Below, one piece after another: positions 9,357 to 18,223 of a stretch of DNA of 64,000 nt. This DNA is from a virus. The notes under the pieces are model-generated. The model saw only the letters and a list, made by a program, of their open reading frames with translations. It did no database searches and was not told the DNA's origin. The stretch spans positions 32,001-96,000 of IMG/VR virus record IMGVR_UViG_3300012984_000014, one strand, 5' to 3'. The first letter of the stretch is position 1. Every line of letters begins with the position of its first letter. Both the position numbers and the translations under genes were made by a program.

Positions 9357-10099
9357 GCACTGTGGCGTCCATCATCGAAGATCTGAAGCTGCACGACCGC
9401 CTCCGAATCGCCTTGGAGCGTCGGGAGCACGAGAACGTGATCGTCATGCAGGCGGACGCGCTGACAGCGCTCCGCGCGCTCCCGAGCGAGTCCATTGATC
9501 TGTTCAACTTTGACCTCCCGTACGAATCGCTGGAGAAGCATCGCGCGGTCGGCTCGACGACGCGCTTGAGCCACTCCACCAAGTCCAGCAACGATTGGTT
9601 CGGCGTGTTCCCCAACGCGCTGTTCCCCGAGATGCTGAAGGAGATGTTCCGCGCGCTCAAGCCGAATCGCCACCTATACGCCTGGTGCGATGACGAAACC
9701 AGCGACATTCTGAAGGCGGACCTAACGGCCGCGGGATTCAAGGTGTGGAAGCGACTCGTCTGGGACAAGCAGATGATCGGCATGGGGTACCACTACCGCG
9801 CGCGCTACGAGTTCATTTTGTTCGCAGAGAAGGGCAAGCGCCGCGTCGCTGACCTCGGCGTGCCTGATGTTCTGAGCTTCAAACGGATCAAGAACAAGGA
9901 TGCCTATCCAGCGGAGAAACCCGTGGAGATCAACGAGATCTTGACGCGCCAAAGCTCACTCTCCGGAGAGGTCGTGTGCGATCCATTCTGCGGAAGCGGC
10001 TCGGCCGGGAAGGCGGCGCAGAATCTCGGCCGTCGTTTCGTCGGCTTCGACGTCTCGCCCGAGGCTGTCCGCCGAACACGAGAGCGGCTTGGCCTCTGA
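9353..10099 (+). CDS. DNA N6-adenine/N4-cytosine methyltransferase (beta class)
   Basis: GTG overlap; motif IV DLPY, YPAEKP, motif I DPFCGSGS. Confidence 0.88.
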   Translation: MSTVASIIEDLKLHDRLRIALERREHENVIVMQADALTALRALPSESIDLFNFDLPYESLEKHRAVGSTTRLSHSTKSSNDWFGVFPNALFPEMLKEMFRALKPNRHLYAWCDDETSDILKADLTAAGFKVWKRLVWDKQMIGMGYHYRARYEFILFAEKGKRRVADLGVPDVLSFKRIKNKDAYPAEKPVEINEILTRQSSLSGEVVCDPFCGSGSAGKAAQNLGRRFVGFDVSPEAVRRTRERLGL

Positions 10100-11165
10100 G
10101 TTCGACATCTCGGACTACCTGGAAGGCGCGCTGAAAAGGCCGAAACCATCGGCCAACAACGAGCTGACCGCGGAGTGCCCTAGCTGCGAGAAGTGGGGCA
10201 AGTTCTACGTTAACCGCGAGTCGGGCCGCTACGTGTGCTTCAGCTGCGAGTTCCGTGGCAAGTCCATTGTCGGGCTCGTGGCGCAACTCGAAGGCCTGGA
10301 CTGGAGCGAGGCTCGGAGCTTCGTGTTCAAGCGCGCGGTCAAGTTCCGTCGGCGCGAGTCGCTTCTCAGCCTGAGCGATCGCATCCGCCTCATTCGGCCG
10401 GGTGCGGAGGTCGAAGAAGATGCGCCGACCGGACCGGTTGACTTCCCGGTGCCCAAGGGCGTCACGCCGGTTTGGAGCGAGAAGGGTGAATGGCGTCTGC
10501 CGCCCTACCTGAAGGACCGTGGCATCAAGAGTCGAACGGCCAAGGCTTGGGGCATGGGATACGTGATGGGGCGCCTCTGGCTGGACTTCCCGGGCCGTGA
10601 CAAGCCGTTCTGCTTGGCCCAACGCCTCGTGATTCCCATCAAGTGCCCGGCCGGACGCTCTTGGACGGCGCGCGACATGGACGCGGGCGGCATCCCGAAA
10701 TACCTGAATCCGCCATCCGCAGATCATCGCAGGCTGCTCATCGGCTGGAACGTGGCACGCCTGACAGGCGACCTGGTGATTTGCGAGGGTCCTCTGGACG
10801 CCGTTCGCCTCTGGCAGCACGACATCACCGCTGTGGCGCTAGGTGGCAAGGAATTGCACGACGAGCAGTTGGCCATGCTAACCGATTTGAGCCCGGAGAC
10901 GGCGGTCACGGTCATGCTGGACCCGGAGGAGCAGATTGCCCCGCTAAACGTGGCGCAACGGCTGTCTCTTCACTTCAAGTCCATTTATATGGCCAAACTT
11001 CCGTTAGGGGTTGACCCCGGATCGTCAACGCGCGAAGAGGCGCACGCCGCGGTTGACAGCGCCAAGAAGTGGTCTGGAGGACGGGCGCCGTTGCTCAGCG
11101 CTTTGCTAGAGCGCTCGCGGGCCTCCATAGATTCCAGGCATTCAAAAAAAGTTCATAAGAGCTGA
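10089..11165 (+). CDS. dnaG: DNA primase (Zn-binding plus TOPRIM)
   Basis: CPSC...YVCFSC zinc finger; KYLNPP, VICEGPLDA, VMLDPE. Confidence 0.88.
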   Translation: MASEFDISDYLEGALKRPKPSANNELTAECPSCEKWGKFYVNRESGRYVCFSCEFRGKSIVGLVAQLEGLDWSEARSFVFKRAVKFRRRESLLSLSDRIRLIRPGAEVEEDAPTGPVDFPVPKGVTPVWSEKGEWRLPPYLKDRGIKSRTAKAWGMGYVMGRLWLDFPGRDKPFCLAQRLVIPIKCPAGRSWTARDMDAGGIPKYLNPPSADHRRLLIGWNVARLTGDLVICEGPLDAVRLWQHDITAVALGGKELHDEQLAMLTDLSPETAVTVMLDPEEQIAPLNVAQRLSLHFKSIYMAKLPLGVDPGSSTREEAHAAVDSAKKWSGGRAPLLSALLERSRASIDSRHSKKVHKS

Positions 11166-11203
11166 AAAAAAGTCTCGCCTTGTAAGCAAGGTCGCGCTAG
11201 TAA
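11132..11203 (+). promoter_or_regulatory. Phage promoter family copy 1
   Basis: TTCCAGG-N42; A-tract, TCGCCT, 17 nt, TAGTAA. Confidence 0.55.
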
Positions 11204-11239
11204 TCCCTTCAAGTGAAGGCCGTGACCAAAGGAACCAAA

Positions 11240-12406
11240 ATGGGAAGCAGCACCGAAGAGTTCGACAGCAGCGGGCGCAAGAAGGTCAAGTGCGAGATCT
11301 GCGACAAGTTCTACCACCGCGTGGACGTGCACGCGAAAAAGATCCATAAGATTGAAGCTTCGGCGTATGCCAAGAAGTTCCCGCTTGCCGAGTTGATGAG
11401 CGAGTCGGCGCGCGAAAAGCAAGCAGAAGAGGAGGCGGCGGCGTTGGCTCCGCCTCTGCCCACGCCCGGAGTCGGCCCGGGGTCGTCTGCTGATATTTCC
11501 AAGCCGCTGCGCTTCGGCGCTGCTTCACTGTTCGAGCGCACGGGGCTCGAAGCCGAAGACATCATCAAGGTTCCGATGCACGATGAAAATTGGGTGATCG
11601 GCGCCAGTGAGCAAGCGAACCTCGAAGCGCTCGCCCTCGGCATCGAGATGAACGAGAACGTGTTGATCGTCGGCCCTCCCGGCGTAGGCAAGTCCACCCT
11701 CGCTCGCGAGCTGGCAAGCGTCTGCAATCAGCCGGTCACGCGTCTGAGCTTCACCGGCGAAGTCCGTGTGGGCGACTTGATGGGAGGCTCCCGGATCATC
11801 GTCGACCCGACGAGTGGCCAGGCCATCACCAAATACATTGACGGCCCGTTGCCAATCGCCGCTGAAAAAGGGCATTGGATCATCATGGAGGAGTTCGACA
11901 GCGCGCCGAGCCAAGTCACGTTCGCCATGCACTCGATGCTGGAACGCCCACGCCAACTCCGCTTGATGGAGTCGGATCGCGAGGTCGAATTCAACCAGCA
12001 CTTCCGCGTCCTCGCCACGGCGAACACCTTGGGCTATGGCGACGAGTCGGGCCTGTACGCGGGCACCGCGCCGATGAACGAGGCGCTCTTGGATCGCTTT
12101 GGGATTGTAATCCGTGTGGATTATCCCAAAAAGGAAGATGAAGTCAACATCCTGACGGAGAGGACTGGCATCAAGAAGGAGTGGGCAGAAATGTTGGTGG
12201 ACGTGGCCACGAAGGTCCGCGACGCGCAACGCCAAGAGTCGACGATGACTAGCCTCAGCCCGCGTCGCCTCATCATGTGGGCGGCGATGACGGTGAAGAT
12301 GAAGCACCCGCGCGCCGCTGCGCGCATCACAATTCTGAACAAGCTCCCGCCCCAAGATCATGTCTTTGTCGAAGGCATCATCCAACGTCTGTTTGGTGGA
12401 AAATGA
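11240..12406 (+). CDS. MoxR/CobS-like AAA+ ATPase with N-terminal zinc finger
   Basis: CEICDKFYH..H; GPPGVGKST; IIMEEFD; ATANT; ALLDRF; start 11240 (SD AAAGGA) or 11213. Confidence 0.88.
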   Translation: MGSSTEEFDSSGRKKVKCEICDKFYHRVDVHAKKIHKIEASAYAKKFPLAELMSESAREKQAEEEAAALAPPLPTPGVGPGSSADISKPLRFGAASLFERTGLEAEDIIKVPMHDENWVIGASEQANLEALALGIEMNENVLIVGPPGVGKSTLARELASVCNQPVTRLSFTGEVRVGDLMGGSRIIVDPTSGQAITKYIDGPLPIAAEKGHWIIMEEFDSAPSQVTFAMHSMLERPRQLRLMESDREVEFNQHFRVLATANTLGYGDESGLYAGTAPMNEALLDRFGIVIRVDYPKKEDEVNILTERTGIKKEWAEMLVDVATKVRDAQRQESTMTSLSPRRLIMWAAMTVKMKHPRAAARITILNKLPPQDHVFVEGIIQRLFGGK

Positions 12407-14415
12407 GCAGCGCGGCCAAAACCAAGGTTGGAGGCGTTGACCCTTCCCTGCTGGGGTTGGTCGGGCCGTTCACCAAGATCGCCCGCGCGATGTCGTCGCA
12501 ATGGAACGTGACGATCATCCCGAGCGGATTCTCTTGCAAGACGGACGGGAAAACCATCTACATCCCGTTCACATCGGACTTCCTCCCGGAAAGCCAACGC
12601 CAGCAGTTGCACGGGATGCTGGATCACGAAGTCTGTCACGTGGTGGAAGAGCAGGAACACACATCCGCGGGCCGCGCCACCCCGATGGACATCCTGAAGG
12701 GCGAGAAGAACAAGACCATTCGGATGCTCACCAACTGCGTCGAAGACGTCCGGATTGAGATCAAGTGGAGCCGGGTCTATCCCGGGGTGGCCGAGAACTT
12801 GAATGCCATCAATCTGGAGTCTGCTCGCGCTTGGGAAAAGAAGCCGGAGGCGCGGCCGAACTTCTGGGATCGTTTAGGGTGTGCTTTCATTCTGAAGGCG
12901 CGCGGAATCGAACCGACTTGGGTTGGAAAAGAAACGTTGGAAGCTTTGGACAAAGTGTCCGAAGAATTGGAGGAATCACGCAATATTCGTTGGGCACAAG
13001 ATAGCTACGACATCGCGGAACGGATCTACAAGAAGCTGAAGGCGGACGCCGAAGAAACGCTGGAACGCGACAAGAAGGCCAAGGAAGAGAAGGGGAAGGG
13101 CAAGAAAAAGAAGAAGGTCAAGGTCAAGGTCGTTGAAGACGACGAGCCAGCCCCCGAGGGCGACGCGGAAGAAGGCGACGAAGCCGGAGAGCTCGAAGAC
13201 GGCGACACAGTTCGCAAGGGCAAGGCCGGATCGTCTGGCGACGATGGAACTGAGATCGAAACGGACGACGACACGGGCGGCCCGGAGTCGGACGAGGACG
13301 AAGAGGAGAAGAGCGCTGGCGGCGAAGCGGAAGCCGATGAAGAGGGCGAGGACGAAGAAAAGGCCGACAGCAAAGGCGGTTCTCCGGATGAAGATTCAGA
13401 GCCGACCGAGGAAGAAGTTGCGCGCGCCAAGGAGGTCGTCGAAGGCGAGTCGTCTACGGACGACCTGATGGACGAAGTGAAGTCGGACGTCGAGAAGGCC
13501 GCGCGCTCGGACGCGCGAACCCATCGCCGCTACGTGCCCGACTTCGATATGAAGAAGCTGGACAAGTGGATCAAGCCGTCGCCAACGTTCGACGCAGACG
13601 TCAACTACAAGAACGCGCGCGCGGAGGTCCAGTCGCAGATCGGCGCCATCCGTTCCAAGCAGCTCGCCTACATACAGACCATTACTCGAAAGCGCCTGGT
13701 GCCGAACCAAGACGCCGGCCGTTTGGACACCCAGCGCCTCGCGTCGGTTCGTACGGGCGCCACCGACGTCTTCAACTTCATCAAGAAGGGCCGAAACCTG
13801 GACACCTCGTTCGAGGTTCTTCTGGACCTCTCCGGCTCGATGGGTTCTGGAGACGCCCCGGGCCGCGCTGCCTATTACGCCAAGCGCACCGCCATTGCCC
13901 TGGCAGAGCCTTGGGAATCGCTTCGGATCCCGTTCGAGATCATCGGGTTCACCAACAATCACATGCGCGGTTCGTTCCGATCCGGAGACCCGGATGCCGT
14001 CCGAAGGTGTCCCTTTGACTTCTACATTTTCAAGGGCTGGAATGAGCGCATGGCAGCGTGTCGGACGCGCTTTTCAGCGATCCGAGGCTATGACGACAAC
14101 GCAGACGGCGAGGCTGTCCACGCCGCTGCTTGCCGCCTCGCGGTCCGCCCCGAGAAGCGACGGATCTTGGTGGTTGTCTCCGACGGCCTCCCGTGCCATT
14201 CTGGCATCAGCCGTTCCGCTCTCGATGATCACCTCAGGGAGACCGTCCGCCAGATCACCCGTGCTGGCATTGAGGTCATCGGCGTCGGCGCCGGAACGGA
14301 CGCACCCGCGCAATTCTACAACAAGTCAACCGGCGCCAGCAACATGATCATCAAGGATCTGAACAAACTCGCCACGACGCTTTTCAAAACTCTTCGAGAC
14401 AGGATGCTGAAATGA
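12403..14415 (+). CDS. CobT-like VWA protein with N-terminal HExxH domain and acidic linker
   Basis: LDHEVCHV, VEDVRIE; MIDAS LLDLSGSM; VVVSDGLP. Confidence 0.85.
   Translation: MSSAAKTKVGGVDPSLLGLVGPFTKIARAMSSQWNVTIIPSGFSCKTDGKTIYIPFTSDFLPESQRQQLHGMLDHEVCHVVEEQEHTSAGRATPMDILKGEKNKTIRMLTNCVEDVRIEIKWSRVYPGVAENLNAINLESARAWEKKPEARPNFWDRLGCAFILKARGIEPTWVGKETLEALDKVSEELEESRNIRWAQDSYDIAERIYKKLKADAEETLERDKKAKEEKGKGKKKKKVKVKVVEDDEPAPEGDAEEGDEAGELEDGDTVRKGKAGSSGDDGTEIETDDDTGGPESDEDEEEKSAGGEAEADEEGEDEEKADSKGGSPDEDSEPTEEEVARAKEVVEGESSTDDLMDEVKSDVEKAARSDARTHRRYVPDFDMKKLDKWIKPSPTFDADVNYKNARAEVQSQIGAIRSKQLAYIQTITRKRLVPNQDAGRLDTQRLASVRTGATDVFNFIKKGRNLDTSFEVLLDLSGSMGSGDAPGRAAYYAKRTAIALAEPWESLRIPFEIIGFTNNHMRGSFRSGDPDAVRRCPFDFYIFKGWNERMAACRTRFSAIRGYDDNADGEAVHAAACRLAVRPEKRRILVVVSDGLPCHSGISRSALDDHLRETVRQITRAGIEVIGVGAGTDAPAQFYNKSTGASNMIIKDLNKLATTLFKTLRDRMLK
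13903..13935 (+). repeat. 33-bp exact direct repeat, copy A
   Basis: GCAGAGCCTTGGGAATCGCTTCGGATCCCGTTC identical to 51493-51525. Confidence 0.95.
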
Positions 14416-15473
14416 TCCAGGGCCAGGTGGACCACGAATTGTACGAAGACATCGAGCGTGAGCTGATGCCCATCATCCGCTCCGCGGCGCGGCGCTTCGC
14501 GCCCGGCCTCGGAATCAGCACTGAGGATGCCGTCCAAGAGGGGCGCCTGGCGCTGATGCTCGCTCTGAAGGGATATGACTACAACGCCAGCAAGGGCGGG
14601 ATTTACAACTTTGCCCGCAAGACCATCCGGAACGCGATGTGCGGTCTGCTCTACTCGGCCACGACGCAGAGCCGATGCCCGCGCGTGGTGATGGAAGAGA
14701 ACGGCGAGCTGGTTGTTGTGAAGATGTGGCCGGCTCTGACGGACGTTCCCGAGGTCCATCCGGACAGGGATGCCAAGACGCCTGAAGAACTGGCGATCGA
14801 AAGCGAGTTCACGGACAAAATCCGTGTACTTCGTATGCGCTTGGTCAATCGCCTAAATCCTTTTCAGCTGAAAGTCTTGAGTTGCATTTCCAGAAACAAC
14901 GTTCTTTTTGAGACATTCTTGCGCAATCGAGACGAGCCCGAGGCGACGCACGCTCTCATCGGCGAGTGGCTTGGAATGGGAATGGACGAAGACGGCGAAG
15001 CCAAATTGGCCTCGGGCAATCGCCACACCAAAAAGAATGCCGTTGATTGGGCCGTCCACAGAATCAAGCAGCACTTCACGGTTCTGATGGAGGCCGAATT
15101 CAGCGACATCGTGGAGGAGGCCATACAAGCCGGGAAGTGGCCCATGTTTTACGTTTCGACGAAGCAAAACGACAAGTCCTTCATTCAGGGCATCATCGAG
15201 AAGCGCTCGCTGGACGCGCGCCCGATCTCCTCCCCTGAAATCAAGGCCCGTACCGGCAAGGACGGGACGCGAGCCGTCCGGCACATCGAAACGTATTCGT
15301 GGGGCTCGGTCATCATGCTAAGTTTTGGCGAAAATGCAGCAACCGTAGTTGCCGAAGGACGATTCAACGCCATCAGCGGCGAGGTCCTTCAGCCGTCGGG
15401 CTCCTGGAAGTCCATTCTGGACGTTGTTCCCTGGTACGTCAAAGCGTCGCACTTTATCAACGAAAAGGGCTGA
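14412..15473 (+). CDS. Phage sigma70-family (SigH-like) factor with C-terminal extension
   Basis: Region 2 EDAVQEGRLALMLALKGYDY...YNFARKTIRNAM; region 4-like KNAVDWAVHRIKQ. Confidence 0.75.
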   Translation: MIQGQVDHELYEDIERELMPIIRSAARRFAPGLGISTEDAVQEGRLALMLALKGYDYNASKGGIYNFARKTIRNAMCGLLYSATTQSRCPRVVMEENGELVVVKMWPALTDVPEVHPDRDAKTPEELAIESEFTDKIRVLRMRLVNRLNPFQLKVLSCISRNNVLFETFLRNRDEPEATHALIGEWLGMGMDEDGEAKLASGNRHTKKNAVDWAVHRIKQHFTVLMEAEFSDIVEEAIQAGKWPMFYVSTKQNDKSFIQGIIEKRSLDARPISSPEIKARTGKDGTRAVRHIETYSWGSVIMLSFGENAATVVAEGRFNAISGEVLQPSGSWKSILDVVPWYVKASHFINEKG

Positions 15474-15474
15474 A

Positions 15475-16344
15475 ATGGCTGACAAGAGGATGCCGCGGTG
15501 CCTCGGCTCATTCGAGGAAGACGACCCGCAATGCGATGGCGATCCTGTAGGAAAGACAGAAGCCGAGCGCGCGCCATGCGCATATCGCGATAGGTGCGCC
15601 GGCTTCGTGAAGCTGATGCAGATCACCAAGCGGCCGCGGGATTACTTCATCAGGACGATGGAAGTGATCGGGCAAGGCAAGTCCAAGCCGGTCGCTTACA
15701 CATTCGCAAATCATGAAGGGTTCGAGGAGCAGGTGAACGAGCAGATTCTGCTGTATGGAATCCACGGCGGACGAGCGCGCAACGAAAAGCCGTTGAAGCC
15801 TCGAATGGTGGTGAAAAAGACGCCGAAGGTAACGGGGCTCAGGAAGCCACCTAGGCCCACCAAGGCGTTTGCTCGGGCCGGGGCCAAGGCTCGGGCCAAG
15901 CAAACTCGGGACGGCCGCGAGAAGTCAAAAGAGGTGGGACAGTGGTACATCAAGCGCGTGGCGACTCGTTTGGCACGGAAGGTGGCTGCGTTCGAGGAGT
16001 CCGCGCGCCCTGGCGAGTTGTTCCTTGTGGACCGGCTCGAATCCTCCAACTACTGTGCCTTGTACTGCAAGGGGAAGACGCGGCGGATCGCGATCACGAG
16101 TTACCTGTACAAGCCGAACAGGGGGCTGATCGAGGTCCGCCTGGCAGTGGCGTTTGCGGACTACATGACAGCGTGCTCACGCTCGGAGCGTGATGGGCTC
16201 GCCCCGGTCGACCACACAGGCAAAGACGGGGCTTTCAAGGTGCGAATCATGAACGTTGACTCGCACAACGCGAGCGTGATAGCAGAGACGCTTTCCAAGG
16301 TGGACAAGCGCGGCGGCTTCGCGTTCCCAGAGGCAAGAACATGA
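15475..16344 (+). CDS. Hypothetical protein (N-terminal Cys cluster, basic middle)
   Basis: ATG 2 nt after upstream stop; coupled to next gene. Confidence 0.6.
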   Translation: MADKRMPRCLGSFEEDDPQCDGDPVGKTEAERAPCAYRDRCAGFVKLMQITKRPRDYFIRTMEVIGQGKSKPVAYTFANHEGFEEQVNEQILLYGIHGGRARNEKPLKPRMVVKKTPKVTGLRKPPRPTKAFARAGAKARAKQTRDGREKSKEVGQWYIKRVATRLARKVAAFEESARPGELFLVDRLESSNYCALYCKGKTRRIAITSYLYKPNRGLIEVRLAVAFADYMTACSRSERDGLAPVDHTGKDGAFKVRIMNVDSHNASVIAETLSKVDKRGGFAFPEART

Positions 16345-17330
16345 AGAAGAAAATGGTGATCGTCGGCGGAGGTATCTCGGGCTTGATCGCGTCCTGGGTG
16401 TACACGCAGGTGCCCGGGCTCGACGTCGTGGTGCTGGAGCCGGGGAAGCCGGGCGGAGACTTCGCGGCCGGCGGGCTCAAGTACATCCACAAGACGGACC
16501 CGATGGAGGAGCTGCTTCAAGACCTCCGAATCACTTACACAGACTACAGCGTTCAGGGCGGCATCCTGCTCCACGGCGCCGTGGAGCCTTTCCCGGCAGT
16601 CCTCAAAGGGATGGACAAGGGGCGCGCGCTACGGATTCAGCACGATCACTACCGCAAGACACGCCAGATCGAGCCCGACGCCTTTGCCGCGCGCTCGATG
16701 AACGACCCTGAAAGCTCGGGCCCGCGGAAGGCGCTCCGCTGCGATATGGAAAGGATGCTCAAGGACTTGATCGGGCTCGCGCCGATCGCAAAGGATGGCT
16801 GCGCGCGCATCGATCCTCACCGTGTAATCGGGACGTCGGGCAATCAATACCTGTTCGACTACCTGCTGCTGACCATCCCGATCTGGGTGATCAAGACCAT
16901 GGTCTGGTTCCCGCTCCCGGACACGATGGCCATCAAGCTGAACCTCGTGATGGTCGACCCGCCGGAGAAGGTCGACGCCTTTGCCCAGTGGGATTACGTC
17001 TACACGCCATACACACCCGAGAACATGATCCATCGGATCAGCCCGCGCGACGGCGGCTACACGTGCGAGTTCAACGGCGCCTGGGAGGAGGGCGACGGAA
17101 CCGGGGACAAACTCACCTCTGAGCTCAACTTCCTGTTCCCGGGCGGCTGGGCGCTCGCGCGGACGCTGAAGGGCCTCAACGGACACCTGCTGCCGATGAC
17201 CACCAAGCCCGTCTGGCCCGACAACATCCGCCCGCTCGGGCGCTTTGCGCAGTGGGATCCGCGGATGACCTCCGACGTCGTGCTCAGTACGTGTCTGGAA
17301 CAGGCAAAAGCATGGAATCTGACTACCTAG
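16341..17330 (+). CDS. FAD-dependent oxidoreductase (Glf/amine-oxidase-like Rossmann fold)
   Basis: VIVGGGISGL...VLE...PGG; C-terminal LGRFAQW. Confidence 0.8.
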   Translation: MKKKMVIVGGGISGLIASWVYTQVPGLDVVVLEPGKPGGDFAAGGLKYIHKTDPMEELLQDLRITYTDYSVQGGILLHGAVEPFPAVLKGMDKGRALRIQHDHYRKTRQIEPDAFAARSMNDPESSGPRKALRCDMERMLKDLIGLAPIAKDGCARIDPHRVIGTSGNQYLFDYLLLTIPIWVIKTMVWFPLPDTMAIKLNLVMVDPPEKVDAFAQWDYVYTPYTPENMIHRISPRDGGYTCEFNGAWEEGDGTGDKLTSELNFLFPGGWALARTLKGLNGHLLPMTTKPVWPDNIRPLGRFAQWDPRMTSDVVLSTCLEQAKAWNLTT

Positions 17331-18217
17331 TCAGGATGTGGGCTGCCCAAGAGCAGCAGCAGCGTGAACTAGGGCTCGACCCCGCGGAACTGAGCGACGT
17401 CGAACGGCGACGCCTAGGTGATGATCTCGCGCTCCTCCTGCACGAGGAGGCGTCAGAGCTGGGGCGCCTTTCCGGAGGCTACAAGCGGCACATCCTGCGT
17501 GCGTCGAAGGTGGACCGTCACGCGGTCGCGTTCGAGTGCGCGGACGTGCTGAAGACGATGCTGGCCCAGGCGCAACTCCACGGCGTGACGCTAGGCGAGT
17601 TGGTCGACGCCTTCACGCAGAAGACCGAGGCCGTGCGCCAGAAGGCGCTCGCCGAACACCTGGAGCTGAGCGAGTCCTGCCGCGTCCTGTGCGTGGACGT
17701 GGACGACGTGATCTGCGACCTCGAACCTTGGCGCGACGAGTTGAAGAAGCTCGGGCCCGTCGAAGCAGCGGCCGCGCTCCGCCTCGAAGCGTCGGAGGAC
17801 ATGAAGAACGCCTTTTACTCGGGCGGACGCTTCCGCGAGATGGCGGCCGTTCCCGGAGCTGCCGAAGGACTCGCGCGCGTCTCCGCGGCCGGGGTCAAGA
17901 TCGTCCTCATCACGGCGCGCCCCCAGTGGCAGTACAAGCGCCTCCATTCTGACACGGTCTACTGGCTAAACCGCGAGGGAATGACGTACGACCTCCTGCT
18001 GTTCAGCCGGAACAAGGTGGAGGCCGTCTATGACCACGTGCGCCCGGCGTGGCCCATCGCTTTCGTGGAAGACCACCCGGTCAATGCCGATGCAATCGCT
18101 GAAGCTGGCATTCAAGTCCTTCTGTACGATCAACCACACAATCGTCACGTTTCAGCGAAGTCAGGGATCACCCGGGTAGCTAGCTGGACCGATATCACAA
18201 CGAAGTTGGGAGTGTAA
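17312..18217 (+). CDS. Fusion: all-alpha NTP pyrophosphatase (MazG/dUTPase-like) plus HAD 5'(3')-nucleotidase
   Basis: LHEEASEL...YKRH...ECADVL; HAD motifs VDVDDVICD, ITAR, FVEDHPVN. Confidence 0.75.
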   Translation: MESDYLVRMWAAQEQQQRELGLDPAELSDVERRRLGDDLALLLHEEASELGRLSGGYKRHILRASKVDRHAVAFECADVLKTMLAQAQLHGVTLGELVDAFTQKTEAVRQKALAEHLELSESCRVLCVDVDDVICDLEPWRDELKKLGPVEAAAALRLEASEDMKNAFYSGGRFREMAAVPGAAEGLARVSAAGVKIVLITARPQWQYKRLHSDTVYWLNREGMTYDLLLFSRNKVEAVYDHVRPAWPIAFVEDHPVNADAIAEAGIQVLLYDQPHNRHVSAKSGITRVASWTDITTKLGV

Positions 18218-18223
18218 TCTGAA

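Noticed and set aside
9353-10099. DLPY instead of DPPY in the methyltransferase as a sign of novelty
   Set aside because: DLPY is a variant I recognise from many phage beta-class MTases; motif I is intact
13903-13935. 33-bp repeat as an attachment site or CRISPR spacer
   Set aside because: No integrase, tRNA target or flanking CRISPR repeats; both copies are in-frame within genes
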